Below the pieces are notes generated by a model. It worked only from the letters and a program-made list of their open reading frames with translations, was not told the origin of the DNA and ran no database searches. Positions 26,246 to 40,400 of a stretch of DNA of 64,000 bases are shown piece after piece. Every line of letters begins with the position of its first letter. Within the stretch, counting starts at the first letter, position 1. Source of the DNA: Amia ocellicauda (taxonomy: Eukaryota); contig NC_089855.1 of the NCBI RefSeq assembly GCF_036373705.1, positions 18,149,962 to 18,213,961 of the forward strand. Reading direction: 5' to 3'. A program made the position numbers and the translations under genes.

Positions 26246-29200
26246 CTGGAAGTAAAAACAGTTTGCACCGTCAACCTAAAAAAAGTCCTGACATAACAAG
26301 TAATGCGTGTAGAGTGATTTACCACAGACCCTTGATAAAGACTTTGCCCACATTACATGTATTTTGCTTTTTTTTTTTTAAGTACATTTTTAACTTCAGA
26401 AGCAAAGAAAACATATACCCTTTACAGTTTTCTGTAAAAGGTTATTTACTGCAGCTCTATAAAATTGACTGCACTACACAACTAAGTATAACTTAATATA
26501 CATTAATAAATGAAACGTAACAAGTCAAACTGTGCCACAGGAAACATATAGCATGCAACTATTGTCACATGCGTTTCCTGAACTATTGTTTTTCTTTGTT
26601 TCTAAACACTATTTTACAGATTATTCTCTCTGACACTGAGCCCATAGACATGCAAGAGAATTTATTTCTTATGCCTAAAATAAACATTTACACCACTTAG
26701 CAAATTTAATCTTTCATTTAACTGAACAATTCAGAACTATAACAATCCCATTTGAGACCTAAGATAGATAAGTAGTTATTAGTTATGTAGATTTGGTTTA
26801 AATCTACTTAGTGGAAGGAAGCACACCTGCAGGGACCAGGTGATCAGAACCCCATCCCCACTAGGAGGAATGGAGAGACGGTGACTGAGGAGACGGAAGG
26901 GATGTGAAGCAACACACATTGGGAAGGTGTGGCAGGTAACAGGTATAGGTATTTGGATGGGCTGCAGCGAGTGTGAAGTTGGAACTGTCCACTCATTAAC
27001 TTTATTTTAAAACATTATAAAAAGACATGTAAGGAGGATTAAAGCTCACAAGGCAGGGAAATTGCTTGCATGCAATCATGGCACCTGCTATGTTTTATGA
27101 AACTGGACATTGCACAAGCAACAGTGGAAAAGCCAAGGGCTACAATGAATATATTCATGAATATATTCATTTTGCAAAGTAAGATCCTTATAGTTGTGAT
27201 AATTTATACATTTTAGTTTTAGCATATGCAATTTGTATATTTTTAATTACATTAAAAGCATACATCAGATTCTGGGTAAGTGACAGTTGATTTACTGCCT
27301 ATATTAATGAACATATAAAAGACAGGGCCAAAACATACAGAAAATCCTCACTGCATATAAAATAGGATTTAAATGAACTAATATCCATTACTGGCTAAAA
27401 GGATTAGACAGTTGATATTAATATCAGTTAAACCTAAATAGCTTAATACTAAAAAAGTTCATATTAGTATTGTATTAAAGTCATGTTGAAGAGTTAAATT
27501 AAGTGCTTTAGATAGGGACTATACATTTGATGCATGTCCTTCATTCCAGGTCTAAAGAACCTGGAATGTTTCAATAGCTTCATTAGTTCACTGGATTGCA
27601 GTTCTACACCCATGGCTTTGACTTGACTGAATCTAGTAAAACACTGAAATAAAAAAAGATGCTCAAGAAATACCCCAGGACATGGAATTTGAACTCTGCA
27701 TTCAAATATGGCCAGAATATTTGATGTAGTGGAAATCTAAAAATAGTATTTGTAGGTACAGGGCTTCATTGTACTGCACTTCTAAATATGTAAATTCTAA
27801 ATGCTTTTTATGTATGACCTCAAATGGAACAAATGTATTATATATATATAGATCCATTTATCTGTAATAACACTCATTTTAAAATAAAAACCAGATGTTC
27901 ACATAGGAACATGATTTGAGACAAAGATCTTTGTCATTATTATGGGGTCAGAAAAGGAACAAAACCATCAACTTATGAATAGAAGAAAGGACCTCCGAAA
28001 GAGGGGTTTAACACAACAGGCTAGAGCAGATCACATTTAAACCCAATTCCACAGGTTACAGATCTGCAACAAGGAGGTTACAGGTTTCCCCATTAGATTG
28101 TGCACTGTGAAGGGTATCTGAAGCACTTTCTTTTAAGTGCCCAAACCACCTCCACCCCACCTGTGGAAGAATCTCTATAGTTGGGCTCAGTTAATATTTA
28201 AGTGTCAGCATGAGGCTGGACTGAAACATAAATGGACCACTCCCATATTGAAATGTATGAAATTGCAGGTGGCTACTACAGAACACACGAAGACCACCCA
28301 AGCCCCTCCCCCTCAGAATGTTTACATAGATCATGAATAATCCATTTACTCTAGTTCACTTTTGTCTTGATAAGAACCAGTAAAAATCACAACTTTGAGT
28401 CGTACTAAAGCAACACTTGGATTAAAGCAATGGAGTTTGATCATCAAATCCTAATTATTAGGGAATCAGACAGCTGTGTTCAAATGCTGTTGTTCAGCAG
28501 ATTGATAAAGGGAAAGCTTTAAAAGCAGAGCGGATGACATGGTAAGGATGTGGGATATAACAGGTTGTCAGTGTAAACATCCAATGTGGTTACCATAGTG
28601 ATACAGGGTAGTTACACATATAAATAAATGGCATGGTTTACACATAATGGGAAATACTATACTGGGTTTAACCTGAGGAATAGAGAATTATGAAACATTC
28701 ATTGCAGCAAAGAAAAGTATATAGAATTAGGATACCATTCATGATTTCATCCAAGAAATTTAATATAAATCCATCCACAAAAGTTTATGGCACACAAGTA
28801 TGTCAGTTTATGACAATGCTTATAGCCTAAAAACTTAAGTTCTCTTAAAATCAGGATAATTTACTGCGAGAAGAGAACCATGAAGATCATTCGAACAAAG
28901 CTTGATCAAATTTGTGAAGTCAATTCAGTCTTATTAAATGTGTAATTGTATATGATATAAATAAAATTATGCTTCAAACTGTGCTTTTAACTGAAGACTG
29001 ATTAACCACGACCTATGGGAATTTGACTTTTTGATGACGTCAATTTAACTTGACGCAGCCAGTCCAAAGTTTCCAAATATATATATATAATTATTTTTTT
29101 AAACAAAAAGTTCATGCCGGATTTTCATGCCTTGATGTGACTAGGCCAGAGTGAAAGGCCCTTAAGGCACTGCACTGAGTCAGTGATTCAAGAAAACAAT

Positions 29201-31951
29201 TGTTTTGCTTTGAACACAAAGATTAGTGAAGTTTACATTTTAGCACTTAGGTAAGCATTTTACAGATTTATTCCCCGAGTTGAGACACTTAGGTTATGGC
29301 ATAATTCCAAATCATATTCCTGCAGACCTGCATATATTGTATATATAAAAAATAGGTTTCTATTATTTCCACTGCAGAGTTCTCTGGGTATAAGTACATT
29401 AATCTACATGCATTTTAATGCATTATTTTGCAGGTAGCATGCTAACTCAGTATTTGTATCAAGAAAAATTTTGATGAATCACTAATCTGTAGACCCATCA
29501 GTATAATTTGTTTGAAAGCATTAAATTAATAACAAGAAAAGTGTATTTAGTAGATCCACAATGCCTAAAATGTATTACCATAGATTTCACGAGGTAGATC
29601 TTGCTGAGGAAAATAAAAACTTGCCAACTCTGTCAGGTATGTGTTCTTAAATGTCAAGTGGCATTTGACAAAGCCGCACACAGATTACTACTTAAATTTA
29701 AATTAATATTTGAATTAGCAGTGCTCTAGACAGGTGGACACAGGAACTGGTTTTACCACAGAAAAGTGTAATCCTGAGGGAGCATCAATTGTTCTAAGCC
29801 ATTTGAGTGAGTTTTTCAGGGTCTATCTAAACACATAACATATTAAAGGAAAGGTAGAAGTGTTTGGCATACTTTTGGGAGACCACTTAATCCTCTATTA
29901 TGGGTATAATTTGAGGCAAGATCAATGGTGTTATAATTGAAGAAATACCTGGAGTAAAACACTAACGGAAGGAATAATAAAATAATCAAAATAATTAATG
30001 CATGCATTGACATTTTCTTTGTGAAAATTACAGGGACAAAAAAGTTCAAATTGATATCAGGTATAAATAAAGTCAATGATGGCAACAGAACAGAGATGTC
30101 AAATATTTCTTACTGTAATTCAATTACAAAATACAATATTTTTAGCTTGGGTCGGGAAAATTTAACAACGACTTGCAATTAACAAAGTTGTCACAATTAC
30201 AAATGGACTAAGAAATCCAAGAAGGTTCACCTTACTGAATCGTCTAATTGTATAATCCTTATATTACAGATGAGTCCATGAGAATATATAAAACATGGAA
30301 ACAGCCATATAATGTAAGGAATCACTATAGGAAAAAAGGTTAATATTCTTCATGAGTTTTACATACTTACCATCAATTCAAAAGGTAAGAAAAATATGAT
30401 TGCTGGAGTATAGGCAAACGCATAACTAAAAGTCTATTTTACCCAGTATGTTGGCTGTTCTACTTATTTTTATGCAATACTGAACTTTTAATAGAATAGG
30501 GTTATACAATGGTAATATATACACATTTGTTTAATCTCAGCATATGGTATAAACATACATTAATTGCCAATTAGATATATATATATTTTTTCCTACTAAA
30601 ATGTTGGTCTTAGTGAAGATTGCTGCCCACTGATGTTTCCTGACATGATTGAGAACAAAGTTATCTAAAGCACCATGGAATGTATATAATCAACTAATCG
30701 CTCTTAAGTATTGCACAGTGGAGTGAATGTAGTTTAATAAATCACTTTCCAGCATGTCCTCTGCCTTTACGATCTTTCGGTAACAGAATGAAAAGAAAAA
30801 AGTAATTAGGTTAGGACATCACAACATAACAAATAATGCATAAAAGTATACAATGACACTGTACTTTCAAATTAACCTTTAGGGCCAAAACTACATCAAT
30901 TCTGTACGGAAGTACATTTGAAACACTTAAGATGGCAACACAAATATTAATCTGTAAATTAAAAATGTAGTTGATGTATATTGCCAATTTTCTAAGTACT
31001 TGCTTTGATATTTCAAGAAAAAAACATTAAACAAATGGTTCAAATACTGTACGTCAGGGGAAGGCAATTCCAGCTCTCGATAAATGAAGGGGTTTCTGGT
31101 TTTCATTCCACCTTGTGTCTTAATTGCATAATTGAAGTCATTAGGATGAGAAGTCAGATTACCTGTCAACTCCAGGTCTAAACCAGTTGCTATATCATGG
31201 GTAAATACAAAACCTACAGGAACCCAGCCCTCAAAGGGTTGGTATTGCCTTCCCATGCAGTATATTATAGTAAAAAATAACATCCATGGAGAGGTAAAGT
31301 ATTTTCCCAGCCTTGTAATGGACGCACATCACAGGTATAGTACTACACCAGAAACAAAGATCAGGTCTAAGAAAGCTTAGCCATACATTAATTCATGTTA
31401 CAGACTAGTGAAAAATACCAGGTAGAAAAACATATTTGAAAATACAAATGAATATAAGCATTAGACGATAAAATAACATCATAAATAATGCAGAGCTTTA
31501 AGGTAGAAGAAAGATGCACTGGAGAATGTTTTTATGAACTTGTTTGTATAATTACTGAATTTCTGGAATTCAGAGTATGACGTTGCATCACACTTTCACA
31601 CTATGGAATCATGTGCTGAATTATTTTTCTTCCTGAAACAAAATAATCCATCTCAATGTGTATCTGAGTTACCACAGTGTTAGCTTCTCCATTTAAAACT
31701 ATTATGATTTAAAACCAATGATGTCACTGATCATTGAGAGGTTCACTTTCATCAAAAATGATGAACACAAAGATTTTGTGTGAAACATAGTAAATTAAAC
31801 AAACTAGAAGGGTTGGATGTCAGTATATTTTTAGTTCACAAACCCACTAGATCATTATTCCTAAGAAAGATTCTCAGAATATGCCAGTTTGGTCCCTGCT
31901 AGCAATTACAATCTCTCTTGAAACTAGGGACCAACAGTTTCAGTTTATAGC

Positions 31952-31956
<5 letters not shown>

Positions 31957-31988
<32 letters not shown>
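31957..31988. repeat. (ATT)n microsatellite of about 10 units in a PSPC1 intron.
   Basis: ttattattattattattattattattattatt. Confidence 0.9.
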
Positions 31989-31989
<1 letters not shown>

Positions 31990-33355
31990 AAAGTAGCACC
32001 AAAATGGGTTGTTTTTTAGTTAATGAATCATCACGAAATGAAAGGGAATAACACTGTACATAGCCTCTATATATTTACATAAATTGCTTTAAAAAAATAC
32101 ATGAAGGTTTAGTATGTCACTGGAAACTATGCACTTTTGAGTTGTCTTCATGTATAGTTTCCTATGTGAAGCCATTTCACAAAGGCATTAAGAAACCATG
32201 AAAATATTTGAGTCTTAAAATGCTTAATAAAGCCAATGCTTCAGAAACTATTTGCTGACATAAAACCAAATAAACTATGAACAACAGATTAATGGTATTA
32301 TTCCAAGTATACGAGGGGTAGAAATTCTGACTATCAAATATTTCATAAAACCTTAAACAAACAAATGTCATTTAACAGAATAAGTATGTCTATTAACAAC
32401 GGTCCAAGATAACATTTAGCCCACATGCCTGAAGTGTGTTTGATAAGTGTAATGTACAACTGAGTAAAAGGCAATCCTGTTACATGACAGTTCCTATGCA
32501 AAGGTATGAAGGTTGGAAGTGTCCAGTGTGAATTAATTTTAGAGGGTTTCTGTTAAACATCCTGCAAGTACAACAGTTTCCAGTAGACAGACCATGTTTA
32601 TGCACTGCACTGTAAAAATGTGCAGGCCAACAGTGTACACTTTGTACTTAACTACATGACAACGAGAATTCAGTAATTTTGGAGGATTATCTGACAGCAT
32701 CTACTGGATTAACAAAACCATTCTTTAAGTGTAAAAAGTTGTGGTAAAGGAGTGCAATTCTAATTCAGCGGTTATCACATTTTAACTACATATCTAGCCT
32801 GTCAAAGCTACTACAAAAGATATACATTTTACAGTAATCTTTAAATTCACTTGTACAACTTCATTCAGAAGGCATTCATCATGAGCACAACAGGTTGCCA
32901 AAAAGACACCACAGGTGTGGTGCATGTAAGGCATGCTGGAGCTAAACTCAACTATCTGCATACAGAGCACTCAAACTTCAGCATGAGCAGCTTTGCCACC
33001 TTTTCTGATCAACGGCAAATCGTCCTGGCAGTTTGAAGAAGCGTTTGAAATTTTGTTCCACAAGGAAGAACAGGATAGCATAAACAAGATCCCTCGGTTT
33101 AGTGTGAAAACTGCAACAATTGCTTGAATTTCAGCCCCTGTATACTCCCTTTTCTCTTATTATTGTTTTAAATAACTCATGTTACTCAGATCATAAAATT
33201 GACAGTTATACCACCCATCTCAAATGCATGCAGAAATGTCAACAAAGCATGTAAGGGAAGCACACAAGCTTATCTTCTTTCAGTGTTGCTTTTAACGTTT
33301 TTCCTTCTGCTACAAACACTTCCAGTTGAACGTCGAGAGAAACGTTGGTACTCAC

Positions 33356-33461
33356 GTTATCCATATAGTTAGGTTTGAACCCATCTTGTTGGCGTCTCAT
33401 CTCATCCTGCTCGCGCTGGCGCATCATTTCATCCTCGCGGCGCCTGCGCTCCTCTTCATGC
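33356..33461 (-). CDS. PSPC1: PSPC1 exon 6. It encodes (R)[35 protein letters not shown].
   Basis: ORF 33239..33505(-) supports it. The acceptor is gatgatag|g. The donor is gat aac|gtgagt. It matches human ...EEMIRHREQEELRRQQEGFKPNYMEN. Confidence 0.85.
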
Positions 33462-34837
33462 CTATCATCACAACAAGAACATTTGCCATTTAGCAGGAAA
33501 AACAAGACAAGATGGCACCGTCATTATGACCAGTGTTGCACACGTCTCGTGTCAGTTACTCCCCCATTTTGACATTTAAAGTATACAGTACATACAAATA
33601 GTAACAGCAATCTGAACAAAATATTTAACAAAAGCCCTACATGCAATACTACATATATTCAATGATATGGGCTATCAGGCAAACACTTAATTTGTCAGAC
33701 ATGTCATACAGATTTGTAATGCATTTTTAAATACAAATAAGGTGCAATAATACAACATGAACACACTTTTACACTATATTTATCACTGTGCAATAAAGAA
33801 TTCTGACTCTTTAAAAACAGGAAATGGCTACAGACTTACCTGTCTAATTCCATGGTCAACAAGTAATTGGTTGAGAACCATTAAGACAGAAAAATGAAAT
33901 CCTCAGAATCAAGCCGCTTCTTTACTGCTCACAAATACACATTTCAAGGGAACACATTCAGAAGGAGCATTGCCCGTTTCTATGAAAATCCAAGCTATTT
34001 TTTCAAGCCTGTCTGTGTCAAAACATTTGTTTTGTTTAACAATTGATTATATTGCTCAACACATTGCTGTAAAGATGGAGATTAAAATATAAATATATAG
34101 GCTATCAGTGTAATCATATATATTTTCAAAATACATTGTTTAAATGTAATCTGGTCCAATGTCTGCTGACACGACAGTGGCAACTGAGGGGCTTTTTATG
34201 ATGGGTTTGAAATTTGTTATATCCAATAACTTATTTAAGTAATGGGCAGTATACAAATCAAATGTTTTAATTAAGATAGGCTATGAGGGACATCTTAAGT
34301 GTGGTTTAGTATTGTAACGATTGCAGGGGTTTCCAAGGAGTAGACACAAATCATCATTGCGGGTGCAACAACAAATAATTGTATTTATTATTTCTGCAAT
34401 ATAAACAGGTCTCAGGGACTGAACACACACATACGGACTCCTTCCACCTCCATTCACCTTTTATTCTCTCTCCCTACACTCCTCCCGACCGCACCGCCTT
34501 TTCACCCTTTAACCCTTTATTGGGTGCGGTGGCACACTACAGTATTCAAACATTGTTAATTTCTATTAACAAGAGAGGGGGAAAAAAAAAATGTGATTGT
34601 CACGTGGCAAACCTTCAACGGTTTGTAAAAGCCTCTAAAGGTCTGGAAACCGAACAAACCTTCAAACGTTCGAACCTTCGAAGACAGTCCTAATTAAAAT
34701 CTATTAATTATAAATTAAACATGACACAGCCATCAAACCAAGCATTGTATTTTTCTCAGGATGACAATATTGTATCTAGTGTCAGGATTGTGTCTTAAAT
34801 ACTGTTTCCAAAGGCAGGTAGAACTTTTAAAGAATAC

Positions 34838-34922
34838 CTCATTTCTATCTGCTTGCGTTTCTGAAGCTCTTGGTTTCTGAGTTCTTCCAAGCGCCTCAAC
34901 TCTTCCTGGCGTCTCATAAGAT
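34838..34922 (-). CDS. PSPC1: PSPC1 exon 5. It encodes [28 protein letters not shown](R) (coiled coil).
   Basis: The acceptor is ttttatag|at. The donor is atg ag|gtattc. It is 85 nt and the phase fits the neighbouring exons. Confidence 0.82.
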
Positions 34923-36263
34923 CTATAAAAAACAAAATACAGCAACAATTCAAATTTCTCTTCAATTAATTTTAATTTATTAAACCTATCTGTATTATGT
35001 AAGGGATAAACCATGATTAAGTACTGAATCTGCAAAATAATCCACCATTTCAGGTGCCTTTAGGGACAATATACATTTTTGCTCCATTCAATACTAACTG
35101 TGGTTTATGCCACTTAAAATATTTATCCCCAAATGGTACTCAATAGATTAATGAGATTCATTTAATTGGTAATTTGGTATAGGAATAATGGTAATTAGCC
35201 TTTTTTTTTATCACTTATTATGTGCTGTTATCATGAGTTCCTCAGAAATTGAACCCTGCTGACACAGACAACCTTTTTTGTTGTAAGTGAAAACAATAGT
35301 TTTATATATCAGATCTAGAACATTAAAGTGGCATCAGAAACATGAAGCCAGAAACTAAGGACTTTAATGAAGAGGAATGTTGTGGTAAACCTGTCAGTGT
35401 TGCTTATTAACTCCATGCCAAGGCCAAGGATTGGGTTTTGGAAGGTAATCGAGAAAAAAAATCTTATCTGAAGTATGGTTTCATGAAACCAATAGGTTTA
35501 AATCTGGTGTTCATGCAATTAATTGAGATTTCAAAACTATGGATATTGCTAGTCATTCAGGCTTAGTTTTGTTGTTGAAGTAAGAAAGTAAAGCAAATTG
35601 GTGGCAGTTTTACAGCAATATTACATGGAATATTTACCAAATTAATTTGAAGGATTTTAATCAGATCCACAGCTACTACATGTTTGTATAAAAGAGAAGA
35701 CTAGTTATTTATGAAACAGTTTTACTTGATAATAGGTATATATTTTGCATTATGTATAGAACAGGCTGTGGGATATATATTACCAAATTAAATTGCAAAC
35801 TGTTTAAGTGTAACGTTTAAAATGTGTAATAGCCATAGTATAATTGTTCAACCAATTGCTGCTTAATAAACTGACATTTAGCTTTTCTGACTAATTGTTG
35901 TGACTGTGGATTCGTAAACTCAAAGTGTGGCTTAAGATAATCAACAATACATCTGCCCCACACTCCCCTTCTCTTCAAAGCCACACAACCACTTTAATTA
36001 GATGATCTGTAGGTATAATCAACTGAAAGATCAAGGGATGACATCATAGAAATGTTTTAGGTTTGCTTAAAATACACTTGCAATGCTAGCACAGACCATT
36101 TCTATAGAATAGCTTGATACAAGAACATAAAAATACTGCAGTCATACTGTATCTGATGAGATCAACCTTCAAGGTGGATTAGCTGCGGGCGATCTGATTG
36201 TTGACTGAAATAGCAGTTTGTATTCATCTTCAAAGGCAAGGCAACTACAAAACTCGGGCCTAC

Positions 36264-36460
36264 CTTGTCTCATTAACATGAGCTGATGTTCATGGCGAGC
36301 TGCTTCCATTTCAGCCTCTAGTTTCTCTTTTGCTTCTCTGATGTTTCGGTCCACCTGTTCCCGCTGCTGCTTTTCCATCTCGTCCAGGGCCTTCCATCGA
36401 GATGAATACTCAAACTCAAATGTGCCTGGCTGAGCAAACCGGGGGGGTTGCTCTCTTTCC
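36264..36460 (-). CDS. PSPC1: PSPC1 exon 4. It encodes [65 protein letters not shown] (the NOPS/coiled-coil start).
   Basis: ORF 36169..36378(-) covers the core. The acceptor is ttttgtag|g. The donor is caa g|gtaggc. It is near-identical to human PSPC1. Confidence 0.9.
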
Positions 36461-36835
36461 CTACAAAACAGATATTCACAAAATCAACCTTCAGCTAATC
36501 TCATATGTACTTGCCTTTAAGGGTGACAGACTAAATGCCACTTAAAATAAATATATGCAGTAGCCTCCAAATGTATTCAGAGGCTCAAAGAACTGTAGCT
36601 AAAAGTTAATTCAGGTGATATTATTTTTTCTTACAATCTGTACTTTTATACAAATCATACACATACACCCATACATATATAGTCCAATTAGTTTATGGCA
36701 AATATCATCAATCGTCAAAAGTCAATAACAAGGAAGGAAAATAATGTTCCCATCATTTCACCATAAAATGATGACATTCACAAACCTGTGACAAATCAGA
36801 GTTAATAAAAAAAAAAAATGATTACAAAGACATAC

Positions 36836-36931
36836 TTGTGATACTGCGCCGTTTTCTGCAACAGCTTTTCTGGAAGACCGTCTTCATCATCAAACTGTTC
36901 TGTCGGCTCAACAATGGCAGGACGGGGTGAC
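36836..36931 (-). CDS. PSPC1: PSPC1 exon 3. It encodes (T)[31 protein letters not shown](K).
   Basis: The acceptor is ccccag|g. The donor is cac aa|gtatgt. Phase continuity with exons 2 and 4 was checked codon by codon. It matches human [32 protein letters not shown]. Confidence 0.85.
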
Positions 36932-37130
36932 CTGGGGATAATATGAGCCAGTTACATTCCAAAGGAATTTCAAAGGTTGCAACCATTAAAACAAATTGCA
37001 TTAAACTTAATAATGATAATAATAAATATCTATATATTTAAATATCTGCCATTAGCTCCAACTTCTCCCTCTTTTAAGGAATTAAGTGTTGATTGATTCC
37101 AAAGAAATGTAATAATCACTGCATACTTAC

Positions 37131-37432
37131 GTTGTCATTAAAAATGCTCCCTCGTTACATCTGTCCAAAGCTTTCCGAGCAGCAGGTTTGGCAGCAAATT
37201 CTACAAAGCCCTTCCCAGTGGGTCGGCCACGGTCATCCACAACCACGATCGCTCTCTCCACCGGACCGAACTGAGAAAAGGCCTGTTCCAGCAGCTCATT
37301 GGATACCACCGGAGAGAGGTTCCGCACAGTCAGGGCAGAGCCGTGAGTGGCAAAACGAATGCGAAGAGGTCTGTTCCTGAGGATCATGCCATCCAGTTCA
37401 GCCTTTGCAATCTCAGCCAAAGTCCTGGTTTC
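37131..37432 (-). CDS. PSPC1: PSPC1 exon 2. It encodes [101 protein letters not shown] (RRM2).
   Basis: ORF 37127..37420(-) supports it. The acceptor is ttttag|gaaacc (plus 37433-34 = ct). The donor is aca ac|gtaagt. It is near-identical to the human PSPC1 RRM2 segment and clearly closer to PSPC1 than to NONO or SFPQ. A 25-nt pure poly-T tract lies just upstream of the acceptor. Confidence 0.9.
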
Positions 37433-37434
37433 CT

Positions 37435-37459
37435 AAAAAAAAAAAAAAAAAAAAAAAAA
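37435..37459 (-). other. PSPC1: Uninterrupted 25-nt poly(T) tract on the minus strand (poly-A on plus), forming the polypyrimidine tract of the PSPC1 exon-2 acceptor.
   Basis: The plus strand reads ttcctaaaaaaaaaaaaaaaaaaaaaaaaagttgg. The minus strand reads ccaac(t)25ag|gaaacc. Confidence 0.85.
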
Positions 37460-39701
37460 GTTGGACTTATTTTTCATTATATGTACAAGACTAAAAGCCA
37501 GTATTCACACAGAACTCAAGAGTATAGTTCAAAGGTACATACCATTTCATTCAATAAGAAAGTTTTGAAAATGTATAAAATCTTTTGGGACAATATAAGT
37601 TGCTTAATGTTATAACACAGAAAAAGACCAAACTAAGCTTAAAGTTTAGAGTAAGATCCTAAAACAGATTATTTAATATAAGCAGGTTCCAATGGAAAGT
37701 TCTCGTAATTAGAAATACGGACGACTTATTTTAAAGCACAACTTTTAAAAATATTTTGTATTGCTGGGTTTAAAAACAGTGTTTGATTTGTAACTAATCC
37801 ATTTGGAGAACTTACTCTAAAAACAATGCAACTTAAGTAACTAGGAATATTCATATTTAGCCTTAATAAACTTATTTTATGCACCCAGTTTAAAAGTGGA
37901 TCACTTTTTTAATGCATAATGTTTTAGTGTTACTATGGATACAGATATTTTAATTAGATTAAAATGTTCTGATTTATATCAGTATACTGTGAATACAGAT
38001 GACTGGCATCTGCCATTTTAAACTAAGATTAGCTTGTAGAAAATACGATAACTTCTGTAATATTGACCAATGTCTGTCAGATACACGATCAAATGCAGAT
38101 ACTAGTGTAAAAAAAATGTATATTATATATATATATATAGTAGGGGAACATGAAATTCTACATGCAGGTTAATCGCAGGCATTTAGACATCAGCAACTGT
38201 GCATGCATTTGTATGCATGATTCAACATAAAATACTGGTTAATCTCTATCAAGTATTTCATTGAGTGTTTAATACATCGGCAGTATAGTATGTAATCCAC
38301 ATTTTCCAAATGATGCGATGTAAAAATAACAATGCACTTTACATACATTAATAAATGTTCAAATAATCTAATTTTAAAGACTAATATAATTTACAACCTC
38401 AGAAAACATACATGGACCTACAGCAGCAGAGAGTATTGAAATGAGCTTTGACAGAGCATTCAGGTTCAACTGGATTCAATATTTAATCTTATGCCAAAAT
38501 GTAAAAGCCTGTATATTTTGTGCTGCTTCTATCCTGACAGCGGTGACCAGGTGTACAGCTCAACACTGCCAAAATGTTACTGAGCCAGCTGCCATATCTC
38601 TGCTTTATCTGGACTGTTTACGTCATGCCGTTTCTCTTCTTGACAATTGTAAACACAAATCCTTAAGAATAACATATACCGTTCCCCTCACACCATAGCT
38701 ATCTTTACAACTAGCTGACCAGGACGTTTTTCTTTGTCAATGTGTATGGACAAAAATCCTTAACTTGTCGGTCTTCCACACGTAATTATTTTTAAGAGGC
38801 TGCAAAATGCATCTGCAATTTTACATAAGCCACTCATCTATAGAAAGAGCGTTTTCCTTTCAATGGTTTCAATGAACTAAATCCACTTTGATTCTACTTA
38901 TATTAAAGGACAGATGGGGTTAATCTGTTTCCCCAACTTAAATGTAACCCATACCTCTATAAAATCAATATATAAACCCTGAATATGTATTTGTATTGAA
39001 GAAATTCACTCACATGAAACCACACACATTAGAAATCAATGAATAAATCTGCAAGCAATGTGAAGCTTCATGTATGAGAAACTAACAACCATACAAATCC
39101 AAACGCATGGTGTATTATCTAATGTATGTGTATTTATTTATTTTTGTCGTGTGTGTTCAAATCGGTTTTATTTGTATGAATCTTGTGATTACATTTGGGC
39201 AATTGGGACCGCTTTATTACCGTTATCGTAAATGTAACTATAGTCGTGTGCCGACCGTTCAGAAATGAACATGTTTTGGGGGTGAGAACAGAAGGCGCGA
39301 CGCTCCTCGGCAGTACAAATAACACTACAGTGGCATTAAAAAAGGGATGGCTCGTTTCATTTGCCGAAATTATGCAGCATGTTGCTTGTCAAGTATTTTC
39401 ACTGCTAATAGTACGTGACTTGCACAATTCAATACATTGTTTTTTCTAGACTTAAACTAAGATGAACCACCTCAGGATGTTGCGAATAACCAGCCTCTCT
39501 GCCTGCGTAATAACGCAATTAGTGCTACTGAAAACGCAATACATTAAACAGCATCCCAAACCGTGCATATTTTCAAATCAACTTTCTTAATGTTTATTTA
39601 CACACAGCGTGCAAACCTTTACGTTTCTCTTTATAGGTTACAAAAGCTATACAATAAGTATCTGTGCAATCTTGCGCAAACGCTGCGGGGGAGAAACTCA
39701 C

Positions 39702-40049
39702 CAGTCGGATGAAACCGAAGCCCCTGTCTCTGTTAATAAACACTTCGTTGGCTTCGCCATATTTTGAAAAAAGCTTTTTAAAATCCTCCTCGGTGAGGTC
39801 GGTGGGCAGGTTCCCTACAAAGAGCCTGCAGCGCTGGGTAAAAGTCTTTTCCCCGGGCTTCCTGAAGTTTTTCAAATCCAGGGTCATCTCCATCGGCTCC
39901 CCGGCGCCAGGCTCAACCTCCGGCGCCATCATCCCCTCGACGCTCGGCCCCGGCTCGGCTGGCGACTCGGAATCGCGCTTCGAGTTCTTCGTGCCAGGCG
40001 AGAGAGAGCTGTTTTGAATTTTCACCTGCTTTAAATTCCGGTTTGCCAT
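39702..40049 (-). CDS. PSPC1: PSPC1 coding exon 1. The ATG is at 40049-40047; the 5'UTR continues above 40050. The exon encodes [10 protein letters not shown]...[10 protein letters not shown] (116 aa, RRM1) and ends at a GTGAGT donor.
   Basis: The ORF track gives 39594..40049(-). The peptide matches the DBHS-family N-terminal and RRM1 region ([24 protein letters not shown]). On the minus strand, ...ttc atc cga ctg|gtgagt fixes the donor. Phase is 0. Confidence 0.88.
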
Positions 40050-40400
40050 ATTAAAAGGTGTCTTGGAGAGATTAGGCTCCGTTTGTAGTCAGTTTCGTGG
40101 AAATATGTTTTACAAAAAAGGCAATGAATGAACAGAGAATGTCACCCCGCTCTTCTGGAAAGATCTACTCCTTCCAAGATGGCGTCTCAGCACTGCGACA
40201 GCTGCCCACGTCACATCTAGCTCCAAGCCTCCTTCCGCAAGTACTGGATCAAATTCCTAATTATTCACTTATAGTACTGCACTATCTTTGCTGGCAAATA
40301 GCCCCCCCTTTTACTACCAACCTTGTTGAATTAGAGCCTTGCATTCATAATATGTTCCTCCTTTTAGTTTAATCTAGTATTGTGGCGAAATCCAGTTGAC
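40050..40400 (-). promoter_or_regulatory. PSPC1: PSPC1 5'UTR and core promoter region.
   Basis: This is the region immediately upstream of the ATG on the minus strand. It contains a YY1-like AAGATGGCG at about 40176-40184 and a CRE-like TGACGTG on the minus strand near 40210. It is CpG-containing. The TSS was not determined. Confidence 0.4.

Noticed and set aside
26800-26990. GA-rich block (ggaagcacacctgcagggaccaggtgatcag...gagacggaagggatgtgaagc...) in a PSPC1 intron. It was considered as an exon or a conserved element.
   Set aside because: There is no open frame with homology to PSPC1, and the splice sites do not fit. It is probably a repeat fragment, and I cannot classify it without a database.
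30927-31283. ORF of 118 aa on the minus strand inside the large PSPC1 intron.
   Set aside because: It has no homology that I recognise. Its composition is not coding-like, and random ORFs of this size are expected in 64 kb of AT-rich DNA.
34640-34680. tRNA gene search using GGTTCGA / GTTCGAA B-box-like strings (34655 and 63855).
   Set aside because: There is no matching A-box at the correct spacing upstream, and no cloverleaf-compatible acceptor stem. The 63855 hit lies inside a ZMYM2 coding exon.
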